A stretch of 64,000 nucleotides of DNA from assembly GCA_030265395.1 (NCBI GenBank), contig JARFYF010000084.1:60377100-60441099 (forward strand), written 5' to 3'. The stretch comes from Rhina ancylostomus (taxonomy: Eukaryota). The notes under the pieces were generated by a model that saw only the letters and a list, made by a program, of their open reading frames with translations, had not been told where the DNA came from and did not search any database. Positions 24,935-37,462 of the stretch are shown one piece after another (position 1 is the stretch's first letter; every line of letters starts with the position of its first letter). The position numbers and the translations under genes are program-made.

Positions 24935-25225
24935 GGCAGGATAGTGTGTGACTTGGAGGGGAACCTGAGGGTGGTAGTGTTCCTAGGTGCCTGCTGCACG
25001 TCCTTCATGGCGATAGAGGTGGGGGGGTTTGAGACATGCCATTGCAGGGTCCTGGCAAGTAAAAGCAGATGGTACACAATACGTCCAATGTGCACTGATG
25101 GTGGAGGGAGTGAAGGTTCAGGATAGAAAAGGAGATTCTAGTCAAGCTGGCTGATTTGTCCTGGATGGTGTAAAGCTTTTTGAGTGTTGTTGGAACTGCA
25201 CCCATCCAGGGATCAAGGACTATTC
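24935..25225 (-). mobile_element. CR1/L2-group LINE 3' fragment
   Basis: PTTLKKLYTIQDKSASL...LNLHSLHH coding remnant. Similar to 10910-11140. Confidence 0.6.
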
Positions 25226-25326
25226 ANNNNNNNNNNNNNNNNNNNNNNNNNNNNNNNNNNNNNNNNNNNNNNNNNNNNNNNNNNNNNNNNNNNNNNNNNN
25301 NNNNNNNNNNNNNNNNNNNNNNNNNN

Positions 25327-25525
25327 CCAACATGCACAACAATTTCTGGCTGCTCATCCTTCCCTTTGAGAATGTTCTGCAGCTGCTCCATGATATCCTG
25401 GGGCCTGGCACAAGGGACGCAAAACACTATTCCTGAGTCCCTTTTGCAGCCACAGAATCTCCTGTCCGCCCCCCTATCGAGTCCCCTATCACTACAGTCC
25501 TGTCTGCCTTCACCCTTCCCCTACT
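25327..25525 (-). mobile_element. CR1 ORF1 SGNH-esterase fragment
   Basis: GDSI.GADRRFCG...VFCVPCARPQDIMEQLQNILKGKDEQPEIVVHVG is the typical CR1 ORF1 esterase domain. Confidence 0.8.
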
Positions 25526-27944
25526 AGTAAGAGTCAACTGTTTCACTTCTTGGCAAATTACTACGTGCTTGGAATGCATTTAATACATTCTTCAGGGTTT
25601 AATTCGAGGACAGGTTACTTGCTTGGAAATATAGAGATATGCATGAATTTATTTGTTCAGTTATGCAGATCTCACTTAGACACTACTATTTTGCAATATA
25701 TTGTTAAAAAGTAGAAGGTTAATGACTTGATATGGAAACAAAGAATAAATGATGCAAATGCATGACCTAAATAATGTAGTCTTTCAGAATATAATGCCCA
25801 TCCATACATCCATAGATGAACCATTATTTCATATGAACTGTTGACTCATTAATTTGCTCTGTATTGTCATTTAAAGGACACTTGTGCCAGTCATGTTATC
25901 AGGCTTCATGAGATTTGCCTGCCTGATATTAAGAGCATATTCAGATGCAATTCCATATTCCCATCCTCTTGTTTCCTAGTTGCCATCTAGCTCTTCAGTA
26001 ATAAATTTTCAAGGGGCTGAAATAGACAGCCTTTTCTGACAGTGCAGGAAAGAACCAGCAGCTAGGTCTTCTTAGCAGTCAGTGCAGTCCACCTTTGCAC
26101 TTTGCAGTGCAGAAGGAGGAGGTGAGATGGAGGTCACATTCTAGTGCATCTAATGACAGCGGCAGAGCACAATGTCCAGGGATGCAGGTCCAGGTGTACT
26201 TCATACCTGGCCCTACATTCCTTAACAGGTATATGAATGGGATCACTGACCAGATTGGAAAAAGAAAGTGGAGGTAAGTGGTTTGAATTATTTCCCTTTA
26301 TTTTAATTAATATCAGTGCCCTTAATTAATTTATCTCAGGTAAATGTTTTAAAATAAATGCATTACTTTTCTTTTTATTTTTTAAAATTATTATTTAAGT
26401 ATTTTGATTATCAGTTATAAAAAGCCTTTGATAATATGGGTGTGGCCTCAAGCTCATTCAGACTCGTGGGGCTGCAAAATGTTGATGCAGACGAGGAGAT
26501 TGTCTAGGCCATCGATATAGTATTGTGAAGGCTCAATGCTTCCTCACTGCAGAGCCATGAGTTTGCAGATTTCTTTCACAGTGATAGTCAAGATGCTTCA
26601 CATCTCATCTGTGGGGCCATTCACTATAATAATGATCATCCTCAGTGGTCCATCAGATGGCACTGTGGCACACCTCACAGTAATATACCATCCTTCATGC
26701 CTTATCTGTTGCAAAATGTCAGACACTCTGAGGTCATTAGTATCAAATCCTAGACAGAAGTGCAGCTAATAAAGATTCTCTTTCCCAATCCTGCCCTACA
26801 AAGCCCTGAGTCATTATAGTGCTCTAGGTCTGGGAGTCCAAACAAGCACAGTGGATGTCACAGCTCCCCACTGTACTCTAAAAGTGATATCCGCTCAGGT
26901 TGCATGCTGCTCTGCTGGACTCTGGGTGCCGAGAACCTGCGCTCCACTGAATATGTCCCAGCACTTTATCACCCACAATTCAATGTGGAGAGCCTACCTC
27001 TGACAGCTGGTGTTGGGCGGGCCGGGCTCAGAGATGTGGCTACTCTGTGCTGAGATGTGAGACTCAAGGCTGCATGTTAAGTGCAGGCCATTGCTGGGGA
27101 CTGGCAACACCTAATCTATGAGTTCACAGTCTGCCTGGATCCTCCAGCCTTCTCTGTCACCTCCAGGTGGACGTGATGGAACCTGCTGTCTCTGCCTTGT
27201 TACCATTGACAAATCTCTGGGCTGGAGACAGCTGTGCAACAAAACAGAGAGGGGAGACAGCAGTTGCCATCACATTCAACAGGAGGCGATGGGAGAGGTC
27301 ATTGTCTGTCAACACATCGAGCAGGAGCTGCCAATCCCCAGCAACAGCCCACACTGATTGTGCTGCCAGCTGAACCCCCTGGCCCACATCACAGCTCCAA
27401 GTAGCCACACCACTTGCTCCAGCCTGCCCAACACCAGACCTCATAGGCAACTGCTCAACACTGAGTTGTGGGGTGAGTTATTGCTGGATTTGCACCTGAT
27501 TCCTGGTGCAGCAGTACTGTCAGTAACATATCTTTCTACACATAATGCTACAATGACTCCACTTAGTGCCAATTCCATTAGTGCTCTTGTTCCTGGGAAT
27601 GCATCTTGTGTGTTAAGCATAGGTGTCAGCACAGTTCACTTTGAGCACAACTACTGTGTGTGTACATGACAGCTTTCTGCTGTAAACACAGAGATTGAAA
27701 AGTAGTGTTACATTAAATCTGGGATATTACCCATGTGTTTAATCCTATGTGGTCCCATTTATAAGGTTCATCATTTAAAGTAATGACAAAATGGTAAATC
27801 CAAGTGAGATGTTTAATTGTCATTCCATCACAATTCATTGAATTACCTGTTTTTTTCCACAGAACCAACAGTTTAATTAGGTATTGACCATGAATCCTTA
27901 AGGATCTTCAAGTCATCACATGAAATGGCCATTAATGGAGAAAG

Positions 27945-28118
27945 CAAATAAAAACAGCAAATGCTGGAAACATTCAATGGGACAATCAACATCTGTAGAA
28001 AGAGAAACAGACTTAAAGTTTCAGATCAAAGACTGCTCATCAGAACTGGGTCTTTGACATTAACTCTGTTTCTCTGATGCTGCCTGACCTGAGGGGTGTT
28101 TCCAACATTTTCTGTGTT
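27945..28118. mobile_element. Fold-back PLE terminal repeat, older family
   Basis: Inverted arms aaatgctggaaacattc.. / ..gtgtttccaacattttc. Hammerhead core on minus at 28037-28043. Confidence 0.6.
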
Positions 28119-28984
28119 TGTAATAAAAGAAGAAAGTGAAGGTATTTACCAGTGATGAGAATCTGTTATGGTTCCAGGTACTGGCCCTCAGTTTGGCTCC
28201 TTAGATGCCTTGTTGTACAGCACATGGATTCCTTGCTTCACTGTTTGCATAACAACACACACCTGAGCCCCATCAGGGGCCTAGCATAAGTACCTGGGTT
28301 TCTCTAGCAATAGTTGCCAGAGTATTGGTCTACCTTTGGGTATATTGTGGCTCCTGGCTGCTTAGAGTGGTCTATTGTGTGTTCTCTGTTCCTCTTTGAA
28401 TATCAGATCTCTGAGGCAAGATTCCTTCCAGTTGCTGCCTGTGTTTGGTCCTGAGGCAGTATCCTGACTCCAGTCTTGTACCAGTGTGCTGCATCTAGGT
28501 TCTCTGTGAGCTTGCTCTTTGCTCAACATTGTGCCACAAGAGGGCTGTGAAGGCCCATTCACTGAGTAAAAGATTTGTGAATGATGGAGCAGGTGCATTG
28601 GGCTGAACAGCCTCCTCCTATTCTTGTGTTCTCACTGTAAGTGTGAATGAGTACCATGAATGTGATTGGGAATGAAAGTAATGGCAAATGTGATTGTGGT
28701 TGGTTGTGATTGTGGGGGTTAATTTTCAGACAGGAGTGTGTGTGGCTGCTTGTCAGAGTTGGGGCCCTGGCTTGGACCCACATACTACCAGACAGACTGT
28801 GCCAGGAACAGAAACACCAACAATCCACAACCTGCTGTGTGATCTCAATGGGCAGGAATTTCACACTGAACCACCAGAAACAGGCCACCCAACCATTTTT
28901 GACCTCGCAGCTGTCCACTGTTGGTGCTTGTTGTGAGCACTGAGGGCTGTATGCAGGATAGGAGGTAGCTGGCTGGAGACTGTG

Positions 28985-29330
28985 GTGTTGTGAGCTGTGC
29001 AGTTTGGTGGTATCTGGATACATAGCTCACTGGTCAGGCTGCTGTACTGAGGTGCTTGTAACTCAGATGATGCAATGAGCATTCTGTGGCTGAGTGTTGT
29101 GTTAATGAGAAGTTCACATCAATGGAGGAAAATGGATGGCTCTCCAACTGACTGGTTCCTTTTCTGCTGACCCAGCAAATATTTCTGATTCACTTCTTTC
29201 AGAAAGGTCCTTTCTTGTGTCAAATGGGAGATGTGCTCAGGCAAGCTAGATTCAACTAATGTTAATGAGACCCAAGATTCTCCAGCCACATGTGTGAAGC
29301 TCTGACATTGTGGTTGAAACTCAGCCTTCA
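28985..29330 (-). pseudogene. Decayed PIF/Harbinger DDE transposase C-terminal remnant
   Basis: Motifs in the expected order: SSLP..KYLLG (GWLLGD), HSAT/RMLIA (HxxTRxxIE), APQYSS..CIQIPPNCTAHN (ALQYSP..I...CCxLHN). Confidence 0.4.
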
Positions 29331-29386
29331 AACCTGAGAAGCATTTGGAGTCTCATTTCAGGAATTAACCTCATGGTCCAGTGCCA

Positions 29387-29500
29387 GACCGGGGGAGTGC
29401 CGCACCGTGGGGGGGTTGCTGCCCCAGCCTTGGATGGGGGAGTGCTGCACCGTGGGGAGGGGGGGTGCTGCCTCGGACCGGGGGAGTGTTGCACCGTGGG
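29387..29500. repeat. GC-rich minisatellite, ~3 copies of a ~42-45 bp unit
   Basis: Three copies of ga(cc/t)gggggagtgyygcaccgtggg are directly visible. Confidence 0.85.
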
Positions 29501-31099
29501 TTCTCCCTTGTGTATGGATCAGGCTGGTTCTTCCATTGTCCTGGCCAATAGTGGTCCATCAGTGAATGTCACTGAAAGTCTCCTGATCACAAGATCAGGA
29601 GAAGTTTTGCTGGGAGAGTTCGTGGTTTCAGGAGAGACAAATTGAAACATTACTGAAAAGGTGAGAAATTTGAATATCAATATATCCAAGTTTGTCACCT
29701 TTTTAGAAAAAAAATGCATTGCCTTTACTCTTTGGTTCACTGAAAAATATGTCATCACATCTTTCCAGTGTATTCTATCTGTTGCTCTATCAATAGCTGT
29801 GGATTCAAATTTCACTACTAAGATAGAACATACAACATTACGGCACAGGTACAGGCCCTTCAGCCTACAATGTTGTGCTGACATTTTATCCTGCTCTAAT
29901 ATCTATATTGCCATAACTTCAAGAATTTAAGGAATAATTCATTATAATTGTGCAAGGGTGAAGCTGCACTAGTTCATTTGATGGTAGAATGCTTACTTAG
30001 TAGTTGTTTGATTATTGCCTCCTTCATCTCCCCCAACCTGGAAGCTTGGCTTTTACTTCTATAAATCTTGACAAAATGAGCAGAAGAAAGCAAACAGTAT
30101 GAGGTTCCACCAGGGTGATTTTCATCCCCAGCTTAGGCGAGGTGACCAGTTGCAGGTTACTCAGAGTTAATTCTACCCAGAGAAGAGAACAAGAGCACAT
30201 TGGAATGAAAAGCAGAAGTAATTATCTTCTGCTAGTTGGTAACAAAAGTACAGAACAGCTTTAATGACATATCCAAATTGGAGCTTAGACATTCAAATTT
30301 CACTATCATTTNNNNNNNNNNNNNNNNNNNNNNNNNNNNNNNNNNNNNNNNNNNNNNNNNNNNNNNNNNNNNNNNNNNNNNNNNNNNNNNNNNNNNNNNN
30401 NNNNNNNNNNNAGGATTTCAGTCACCTAGTGCATCTGATAACAAGATTACAAGGTCCTGAAAGGTGAGTGTTGCAGTGAGACAGATGTAGTGACACCCTG
30501 ATGAGTGTTGTAGTGAGAGAGAGGGCAAAGTCATCTTATTTTGAGGAGCATTGTCTTGACTTCTGTTAAGCTCCTTGTGCTGGCTTGATTTATTATATCA
30601 ATATGTTGGCTCTAGTGCCAAGAGCCATTTCAGGTGGGACATATTCCTTATCCTCACCAATTCATTCATCAGGATTGTGTTCCTTGGGCATCTTTGACTG
30701 CCTTGTAAGGAATTTTGAGCTGGAAGGATAGCTTGGATTGACTGTGAGGAAGTTCCTCTCATGATTGCTGACAAACTGCACAATCAATGACTTAAATCCT
30801 TTGGAGTTAATGAATAGCTCTGGATTTTGAATGGCTGCATGAGTGCAATTTGCTGACTTGGGGAAGCCAGCAGTGATAGCTGAACCCAGTGCTTGCTCTG
30901 TCTTATCCTTTACTCTAAAAGAAGAGTATGAGTCTTCTCTTTGATTAAGAGTGGATCAGTCATCTTCCTGTTAGCCATCCCTCAGGATTGAGGGTGATTT
31001 GCTTTTGATCTGGTTCAAAGCTGACTGAGGTGGCCTGCCTGCAGGGAGTCTAATCCCTTCCACAGACAGGGCAGGAGCTTCCTGAAGGGTGAGGAGGGG

Positions 31100-31560
31100 A
31101 TTAGTTGGTAGGTGATAAACTCTGTCTATCACTGGTACACTACGCTCCTAGTCATAAATTCCTAGAGTTGTCAGTCCACCATTATCATGCCTTAATTTTC
31201 TCTACCTCTGTTGGGTCAGCTCTCTGCCTCCTTCACTCCAGGGAAAACAGACTGCTTATCCAATCACTGCCAATATCTAGAGTCCTCCAATCCTGGAAAA
31301 TGTCCTCTGTACTCTCTAGCACAAACACATCCTTCTTTCAGTAGGATGATCAGAGCTGCACACACTGAGTTGTCCAACCAGTATTTTGTAAAGCTGCGAC
31401 ATAATGTCCCAATGTTATATTCTATGCCCCAACTTACAAAAGCAAGCATACCAGATGCATTCTTTACCACCCTATCTCGGTTGACATTTTCAGGGAACGA
31501 TGCACTTGAATCCCAAGGTTCCTCTGTTCATCATCACTCAATAGCATTCTAACATTTACA
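31100..31560 (-). mobile_element. CR1 LINE fragment, old
   Basis: VVKNASGMLAFVSWGIEYNIGTLCRSFTKYWL. Confidence 0.7.
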
Positions 31561-31564
31561 GGTG

Positions 31565-32040
31565 CCAACTCAAATGTTGCTTCTCCACTCTGAGCAGTCA
31601 TGGGTCAGGGATTCCCAGGAGTCAGTTGGGATGCTGCATTTTTAAGGAGGTTTTGAGAACATCCTTTGAACTTTTTCTCTGTCTGCCTGGTAATAGCAAA
31701 GCTCAAAAGTTTCTCTCATTTGTCTGTTTCAGGAATCTGGTTTGGGCACCCTACATCATTCATACACCCAACTGAATCGATTGAATGTAATGAAGTCTCA
31801 GTGCTGAGGATTTTGGCCTTGGTGAGCATATCCTTTCGGTGCATTTGGAGGATTTTGTGGAGACATCGTTGGTGGTATCTCCCAGTGCCTTTGGTTCTCT
31901 GAGTTAGAGGGTGTTTGAATGTTAAAACTTCAGACCTGGCACAATATTCATGGTCTACCAAACTGCAATGATCACTCACCTTCTGTATGTTTCTGAGACT
32001 TGGAGCAACAAAAATGTCCCAAAGCAGCAATGAACACCAG
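31565..32040 (-). mobile_element. RTE-clade LINE 3' fragment
   Basis: RYHQRCLHKILQMHRKDMLTKAKILS, the RTE ERFHQRCLRKILxIxWxD motif. Confidence 0.75.
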
Positions 32041-32044
32041 ATCA

Positions 32045-32335
32045 ATACAAAGAAGTGCTGGAGGAACTCAGCAGGTCATGCAGCATCCATGGAGGGAAAT
32101 AAACAGTTCTCATTTCAGGCTGAGACCCTTCATCAGTACTGAAAAGGAAGAGGGCAGAAACCAGAATAAGAAGGTGGGGGAGTGGAAGGAGCACATGCAG
32201 GCAGTGGATAGGTGAGTTCAGGTGATAGGTGAGAGGGGAAAGGTAGGTAGGTGAGGGAGGGGGGAAGATGTAATAAGCTGAGGTGATAGGTAGAAGAAGC
32301 AAAGGGCTGAAGGAGGAATCCAGTAGGAAAAGACA
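32045..32335 (-). mobile_element. PLE terminal repeat with hammerhead core
   Basis: Minus strand reads cagta-CTGATGA-agggtctcagcct-GAAA-tgagaactg (core at 32130-32136). Confidence 0.7.
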
Positions 32336-33047
32336 GGGTGCACAAGATGGTGGCAGAGGCAAGTGCTCAGGAAGGCCACATGACTGGGCACAAGATGGCT
32401 GTGGAGGCAAGTGCCCGGGATGGTACAGCAGTATGGAATCATGTGACAGATCTTTGCTTTGATTGACAGTAGTCCAGAAAGAAAAGACATGAGGCAGTAT
32501 TTGAAGACACAGGAAGTCACTGGTTTCAGCAAGGAATGCCTCATGGAAATGTGACCTGAATTGATGAGATATAGCCTGCATTGATAAAACATAAATTAGT
32601 GTGGGGCCCTGTAAATTCCAGATGGATAAGAAATTCCACCATGCATGCATCAATCCTTCCTCCCATATGGTCCCAAAGCCACTGGTCCATTCATAACTCT
32701 TCCAGCACAAGGACTGTTAATTTGAGGTAAATGGCCAAAGCAGGTGTTAGCAAATTGCAGAAATAGAATTTAAGGTCCAGTGATGGCTCAATACTGACTG
32801 TTACAGTGTCTGGAAGAAGCAGCCAGCTTCCAGAGTGTTGTTGGGCAGACTGGCAAATAAAGATTAAGTATGCATTTTAAACAGGGACCAAAACAAATAC
32901 TATTAGTAAAGGCTGGTTGGTCTATGGGTGACCAAAGACATTGTCTTTTTGGACCATGAAAATCATGCTACAATGCTGGAAAACATTTTCTGCTAATATT
33001 AACATTGGGAATACACTTTATGCCTGAAGTACAATACCTGGGTTAAT

Positions 33048-33260
33048 AGAGAAACAAATGACTGCATATGCTGGAATCTAGATGAAAAAAAAACGAGATG
33101 CTGGAGGAAATCAGCAGGCCAGGCAGCATCCACGGAGAAAAGCATGTGGTCAACCCTGAAGAAGGGTCCTGACCCGAAATGTTGACTGCTTGCTTTTCTC
33201 CATGGATACTGCCTGGCCTGCTGAGTTCCTCCAGCATCTTGTGTTTTTTTTTCATACTTA
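33048..33260. mobile_element. Fold-back PLE insertion with central hammerhead motif
   Basis: Near-perfect inverted arms with 7-bp TSD GGTTAAT (33041-33047, 33261-33267). CTGAAGA-aGGGTCctGACCC-GAAA-tgtt-gac at 33156-33186. Confidence 0.85.
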
Positions 33261-33469
33261 GGTTAATGTTAATCTTGATGGGAAGTTTCATTGATATAGT
33301 GCAATGCAAACTCGAGGTGATCACTACTGCATTCCATTCTAGCTTGAATCTAATTTCAACTTCTTCATGCTTTTTTTCCCCAACAATGAGACTGAAATTT
33401 TAGGTGAATATTTTAACTTGTGGCTTTTTAAAAAAAAAACCTAATGGTAAAATGTAAGCACCTGTTGTG

Positions 33470-34515
33470 TGACGACCAGAACTACACACGATTAGTTCAT
33501 GCAACCTAACTGATGTTTTGTACAACTGTAACATGATATTCCAACTTGTATTCAGTGCCTCAGCTGATGAAGGCAAGTGTACCATATATCTTCACCACCT
33601 TGTTTACCTGTATTATCTCTTTCAGGGAACTATGTACTTGTATCACAAGGTCTCTCTGTTCAATAATAATCCCCAGGACCCTACTATTCACTGTGTCTAT
33701 CCTTAAGTTTTCAAAATATATTACTTCATGCTTCTTTGAGTTAAATTCCATCTACCATTTCTTTGCCAGTTTCCCAGTTGATCTATCAAGGCTGTTAACT
33801 CACCGTTCATTGAGTGCAGGCTTCACATCTGTCTGGGGTAGGATGTAGACTACAGTCAGGATAGCTGAAATGAAATCCCGTGGCAGGTAGTTCTAGGGTA
33901 ATTTCTTGGGTAGGCGCATGTTCAGCACAGCTTTGTGGGCTGAAGGGCCTCAATTGTGCTGTAGTTTTTCTATGTTCTATATCCTGTTGTAATATTTGAC
34001 AAGCTTCTTCACTGTCCACTATACCATCAATTTTGGTGTCATCTGCAAACTTACTAATGATGCAACTTACATTTTCATCTAAGTCAAATAATTAATGTGT
34101 GTATATATATATATAGCAAACAACAAAAGACCTAGCACTGATCCTTGTAGCACATCACTGGCCACAGATTTCCAATCTGAAAATCTAACCCTTCACAACA
34201 TCCTCTACCTCTTACCACCAAGCCAATTTTGTATCCAATTTGCTAGCTCACCCAGGATTCCACTTGTGCTCATCTTCCAGACCAGCCTAACATGCAGGAC
34301 CTCGTCAAAGGCCTTGGTAAAATCCATGTGGACAATGTCTACCACCCTTCTCTATCAATCCCCTTCAAAAATCTGTCATGTTTGTGAGACGTGGTTTCTC
34401 ACGCACAAAGCCATGCTGACTATCTCTAATTAGGCCTTGCCTTTTCAAATGTAAATAAATCCTGTCCCTCAGAATCCCAGTAACTTTCTCACCACTGATG
34501 TAAGGCTCACCTGGA
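33470..34515 (-). mobile_element. CR1 LINE RT fragments with a younger + strand CR1 tail inserted (~33885-33978)
   Basis: MEFNSKKHEVIYF, SKFADDTKI and LIRDSQHGFVREKPRLTN motifs. Confidence 0.8.
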
Positions 34516-34576
34516 TCTCTGGCACTGTGAGACAGCAGCTCGACTAACTGTTTCACTGTGTTGCCCCATGTTGTAT

Positions 34577-34862
34577 TGTGGCGACCCACCTTCGTCGCAA
34601 GTGAACCGGCTCCAAAAACAGTGCACGCGTTGGCAGAGAGGCCAGCCACAAAATGGCATTGGGCCTTCTTCCTCGGCAAGGGGAGAAAGCCTGTGCGTGG
34701 GAAGAGAGTTGGTGATGCATCTCAGATGTCATTGCCGCCCAGAGAGGGCAGGAATTTAACAGCTTAAAAGCCAGTGCGGCAAAGTTTGAATAAACCAGTC
34801 TCGAGTTCAACCTGCCGACTGCATGTCTTTATTTCTGGCTCAGTGCATAACGCTTAGCTACA
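34577..34862 (+). mobile_element. Solo LTR (Gypsy-like), 286 bp
   Basis: TGTGGC...GCTACA termini, 4-bp TSD GTAT at 34573-34576 and 34863-34866, AATAAA at 34789-34794. The start tgtggcgaccc resembles the LTR at 1545. Confidence 0.85.
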
Positions 34863-35129
34863 GTATTTCATTTCCAACAGACTTTCCTCAGGAATGGAGC
34901 TAATCTTCAGAAGGAATGAGAAACTACTCAACCTACAGTAACTACAGTCCAAAACCAGTGCGCTGAGGTCAAGCTCCAAGCCATTGTTGACTTAATTACT
35001 GAAGCATGTGAGAGGGATGGCCCTTACAAGAACAAGGTCCTCTACCACCCTGCCCCATTTGACAACAAATGTTCATGGTGAGATACTGGAAAACACTGAT
35101 CACTTCCCACATCGGGGGCCATCTCTTAA

Positions 35130-35465
35130 CATAGAATATAGAACATTACAGCATAGTACAGGCCCCTTGGCCCACAATGTTGTGTTGACATTTTATCCTG
35201 CTCTGATATCTATCTAACCCTTCTCTCCCATATAGCCCCCCCCCCCCGTTTCTCTATCATTCATGTGTCTACCTAGGTGTCTCTTAAATGTCCCTAATGT
35301 ATCTGCCCCGGAACCTCTGCAGGCGGTGCGTTCCATGCATCCACCACTCTCTGTGTAAAAAAAAAATTACCTCTGACATCCCCTTTATACCTTCCTCCAA
35401 TCACCTTAAAATTATGTACCTTCATGTTAGCCACTGTAGCCCTGGGGAAAAAAGTCTCTGACTGT
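35130..35465 (-). mobile_element. CR1 LINE 3' end
   Basis: FFPRATVANMKVHNFKVIGGRYKGDVRGNFFFTQRVVDAWN plus a 3' UTR with (ttctat)n tail. Confidence 0.85.
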
Positions 35466-35479
35466 TTGATGAAAGTAAA

Positions 35480-36238
35480 CATCAGTGAGGAGACTCTCCA
35501 CTTTCCTCAATGTGCCAACACAGCCTTTGGTTGAGTCATTGAAAGGGTATTTGAAGGGCAAGATGTCAGACCCAAGAAGTTTAATGGTCTATTAGGTATC
35601 AATGATCCCTGCTGTCCTATGTGATTTTGAGATCTGGGCTGTCTACAACAGGCTTCTTGGGACACTGGAAAAATGCCAGCAAAGTGCAAAATCCTCCCTC
35701 CAAAATTTCCTGTAATGGGGGACAAACTAATGTCTGTCTTCCCCAGGATATTATCCTCAATTCTGAAGTCCTATTTACACTCAGTCAGCTGTATCAGGGA
35801 GACCACATTGCTCGCATTTCCAGCACCAGATTCCTCAAGTATTCAGTCTAATCCAACTTCTGTCATGGCAAGAAATTATCATGTGGACAGAGGAAATGAT
35901 TCAAGGAAGTGCTGAAATCCTCTTCGAGGAAATGCAACATCCTCACTGATTCCTGGGAAACTTTGACCCATGGCTGCTCAAAGTGGAAAAAGAGCATTCA
36001 GGATAGTATTAAGAACCTTGAGGCAGTGCATCGGGAGCACACAGAAGCCTTGTGTAAACTGTAGAAGATGCGTACCACCCAACAGACCACCCACCCACCT
36101 GCCTCATCAGGTACCACCTGCCCCCTCTGTGGAAGCGTCTGCAGTTCCCTCAGTGGCCTGATCAGCCACTGAAGAATCCACAAAATTAAAGTGGAAACAA
36201 GTTATCTTTAGTCCTGGGTGAATACCTGAGAAGAAGGA
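35480..36238 (+). mobile_element. RTE-clade LINE 3' part
   Basis: DHIARI, RKRFKEVLKSSSRKCNILTDSWETL remnants and a terminal CPLCGSVCSSLSGLISH*RIH zinc-finger-like motif. Confidence 0.75.
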
Positions 36239-36809
36239 TACGCTAATATACTGGTAAAGACAACTATTCTCAGTAGATGAATTCCATGTATTGTCACTAC
36301 CTTATTATAATCTCATGTTGTATATTGAAATGTAATGTGAAACATACTGTGTTGTACTGTTAGTGAATACTTTATTTTAACTTATTGGTGAATTCTTTTT
36401 TTTGCTATAGTTTTGTTTGTGTAACACAGGAAATTGGAAAGACCTGTTCTAGCCATCAGGATTTGAAACTAGAGTAAGGCTATATTCATCCCTCTTCAGG
36501 GAAAAACATTTTGGCTTCTGAAACATTCTATTTTCTGTAGATAGCGCAATAAATATGCATGCCAGTTTCATGAATGAACTCTTCATGATGTCTAACCTTT
36601 TTTTTTGAAGCCAGTTAAAGTTCATGGAAAATGCTTCACAGGAACAGAACAATTTAATTCAAGCTAAATTTAGAAACTGGGGGTGGTTGAGGAAAGACTG
36701 AGGGAAAATAAATGAGACTTATATTTATTATATTTGTATATCTAAGGAGAGTATTCAGGAGAAATTCCTTTACCCAGAGAGTAGTTAGTGGTTCTTATAG
36801 TCTATAAGA

Positions 36810-37462
36810 GGGATAAGATACAAGAGGGATCTTGGGGTCCATACGGTGGATACGGTGTATTGTCCTTCATCAATCAGGCAATCGAATTTAGGAGCCGAGA
36901 GGTATCATTGCAGCTATATAGGACCCCGGTCAGACCCCACTTGGAGCACTGTGCTCAGTTCTGGTCGCCTCACTACAGGAAGGATGTGGAAGCCATAGAG
37001 AGGGTGCAGGGGAGATTTACAAGGATGCCGCCTGGATTGTGGAGTAGGCCTTATGAAAGCAGGTTGAGGGAACTCGGCCTTGTCTCCTTGGAGCAATGAA
37101 GGATGAGGGGGGACCTGATAGAGGTATATAAGATGATGAGATGCATTGATTGGGTAGATAGTCAGAGGTTTTTCCCCAGGGCTGAAATGGTTGCCACGAG
37201 AGGACATAGGTTTAAGGTGCTGGGGAGTAGGTATAGGGGAGATGTTAGGGGGTAAGTTTTTTTTTACTCAGAGTGGTGAGTGCATAGAATGGGCTACCGG
37301 CAATGATGGTGGAGGCGGATACAATAGGGTCTTTTAAGAACTTTTGGATAGGCACATGGAGCTGAGAAAAATAGAGTGCTATGGGTCCCTAAGGTAGGGA
37401 CATGTTTGGCACAGCTTTGTGGGCCAAAGGGCCCGAATTGTGCTGGAGGTTTTGTGTGTTCT
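36810..37462 (+). mobile_element. CR1 LINE 3' end, relatively young
   Basis: LQLYRTPVRPHLEHCAQFWSPHYRKDVEAIERVQGRFTRM..RMRGDLIEVYK. 3' UTR shared with 41280-41452. Confidence 0.92.

Noticed and set aside
32042-32710. 222-aa ORF, and the 237-aa ORF at 41070-41783
   Set aside because: Chance frames running through pyrimidine-rich repeat sequence or N gaps, with no coherent domain.
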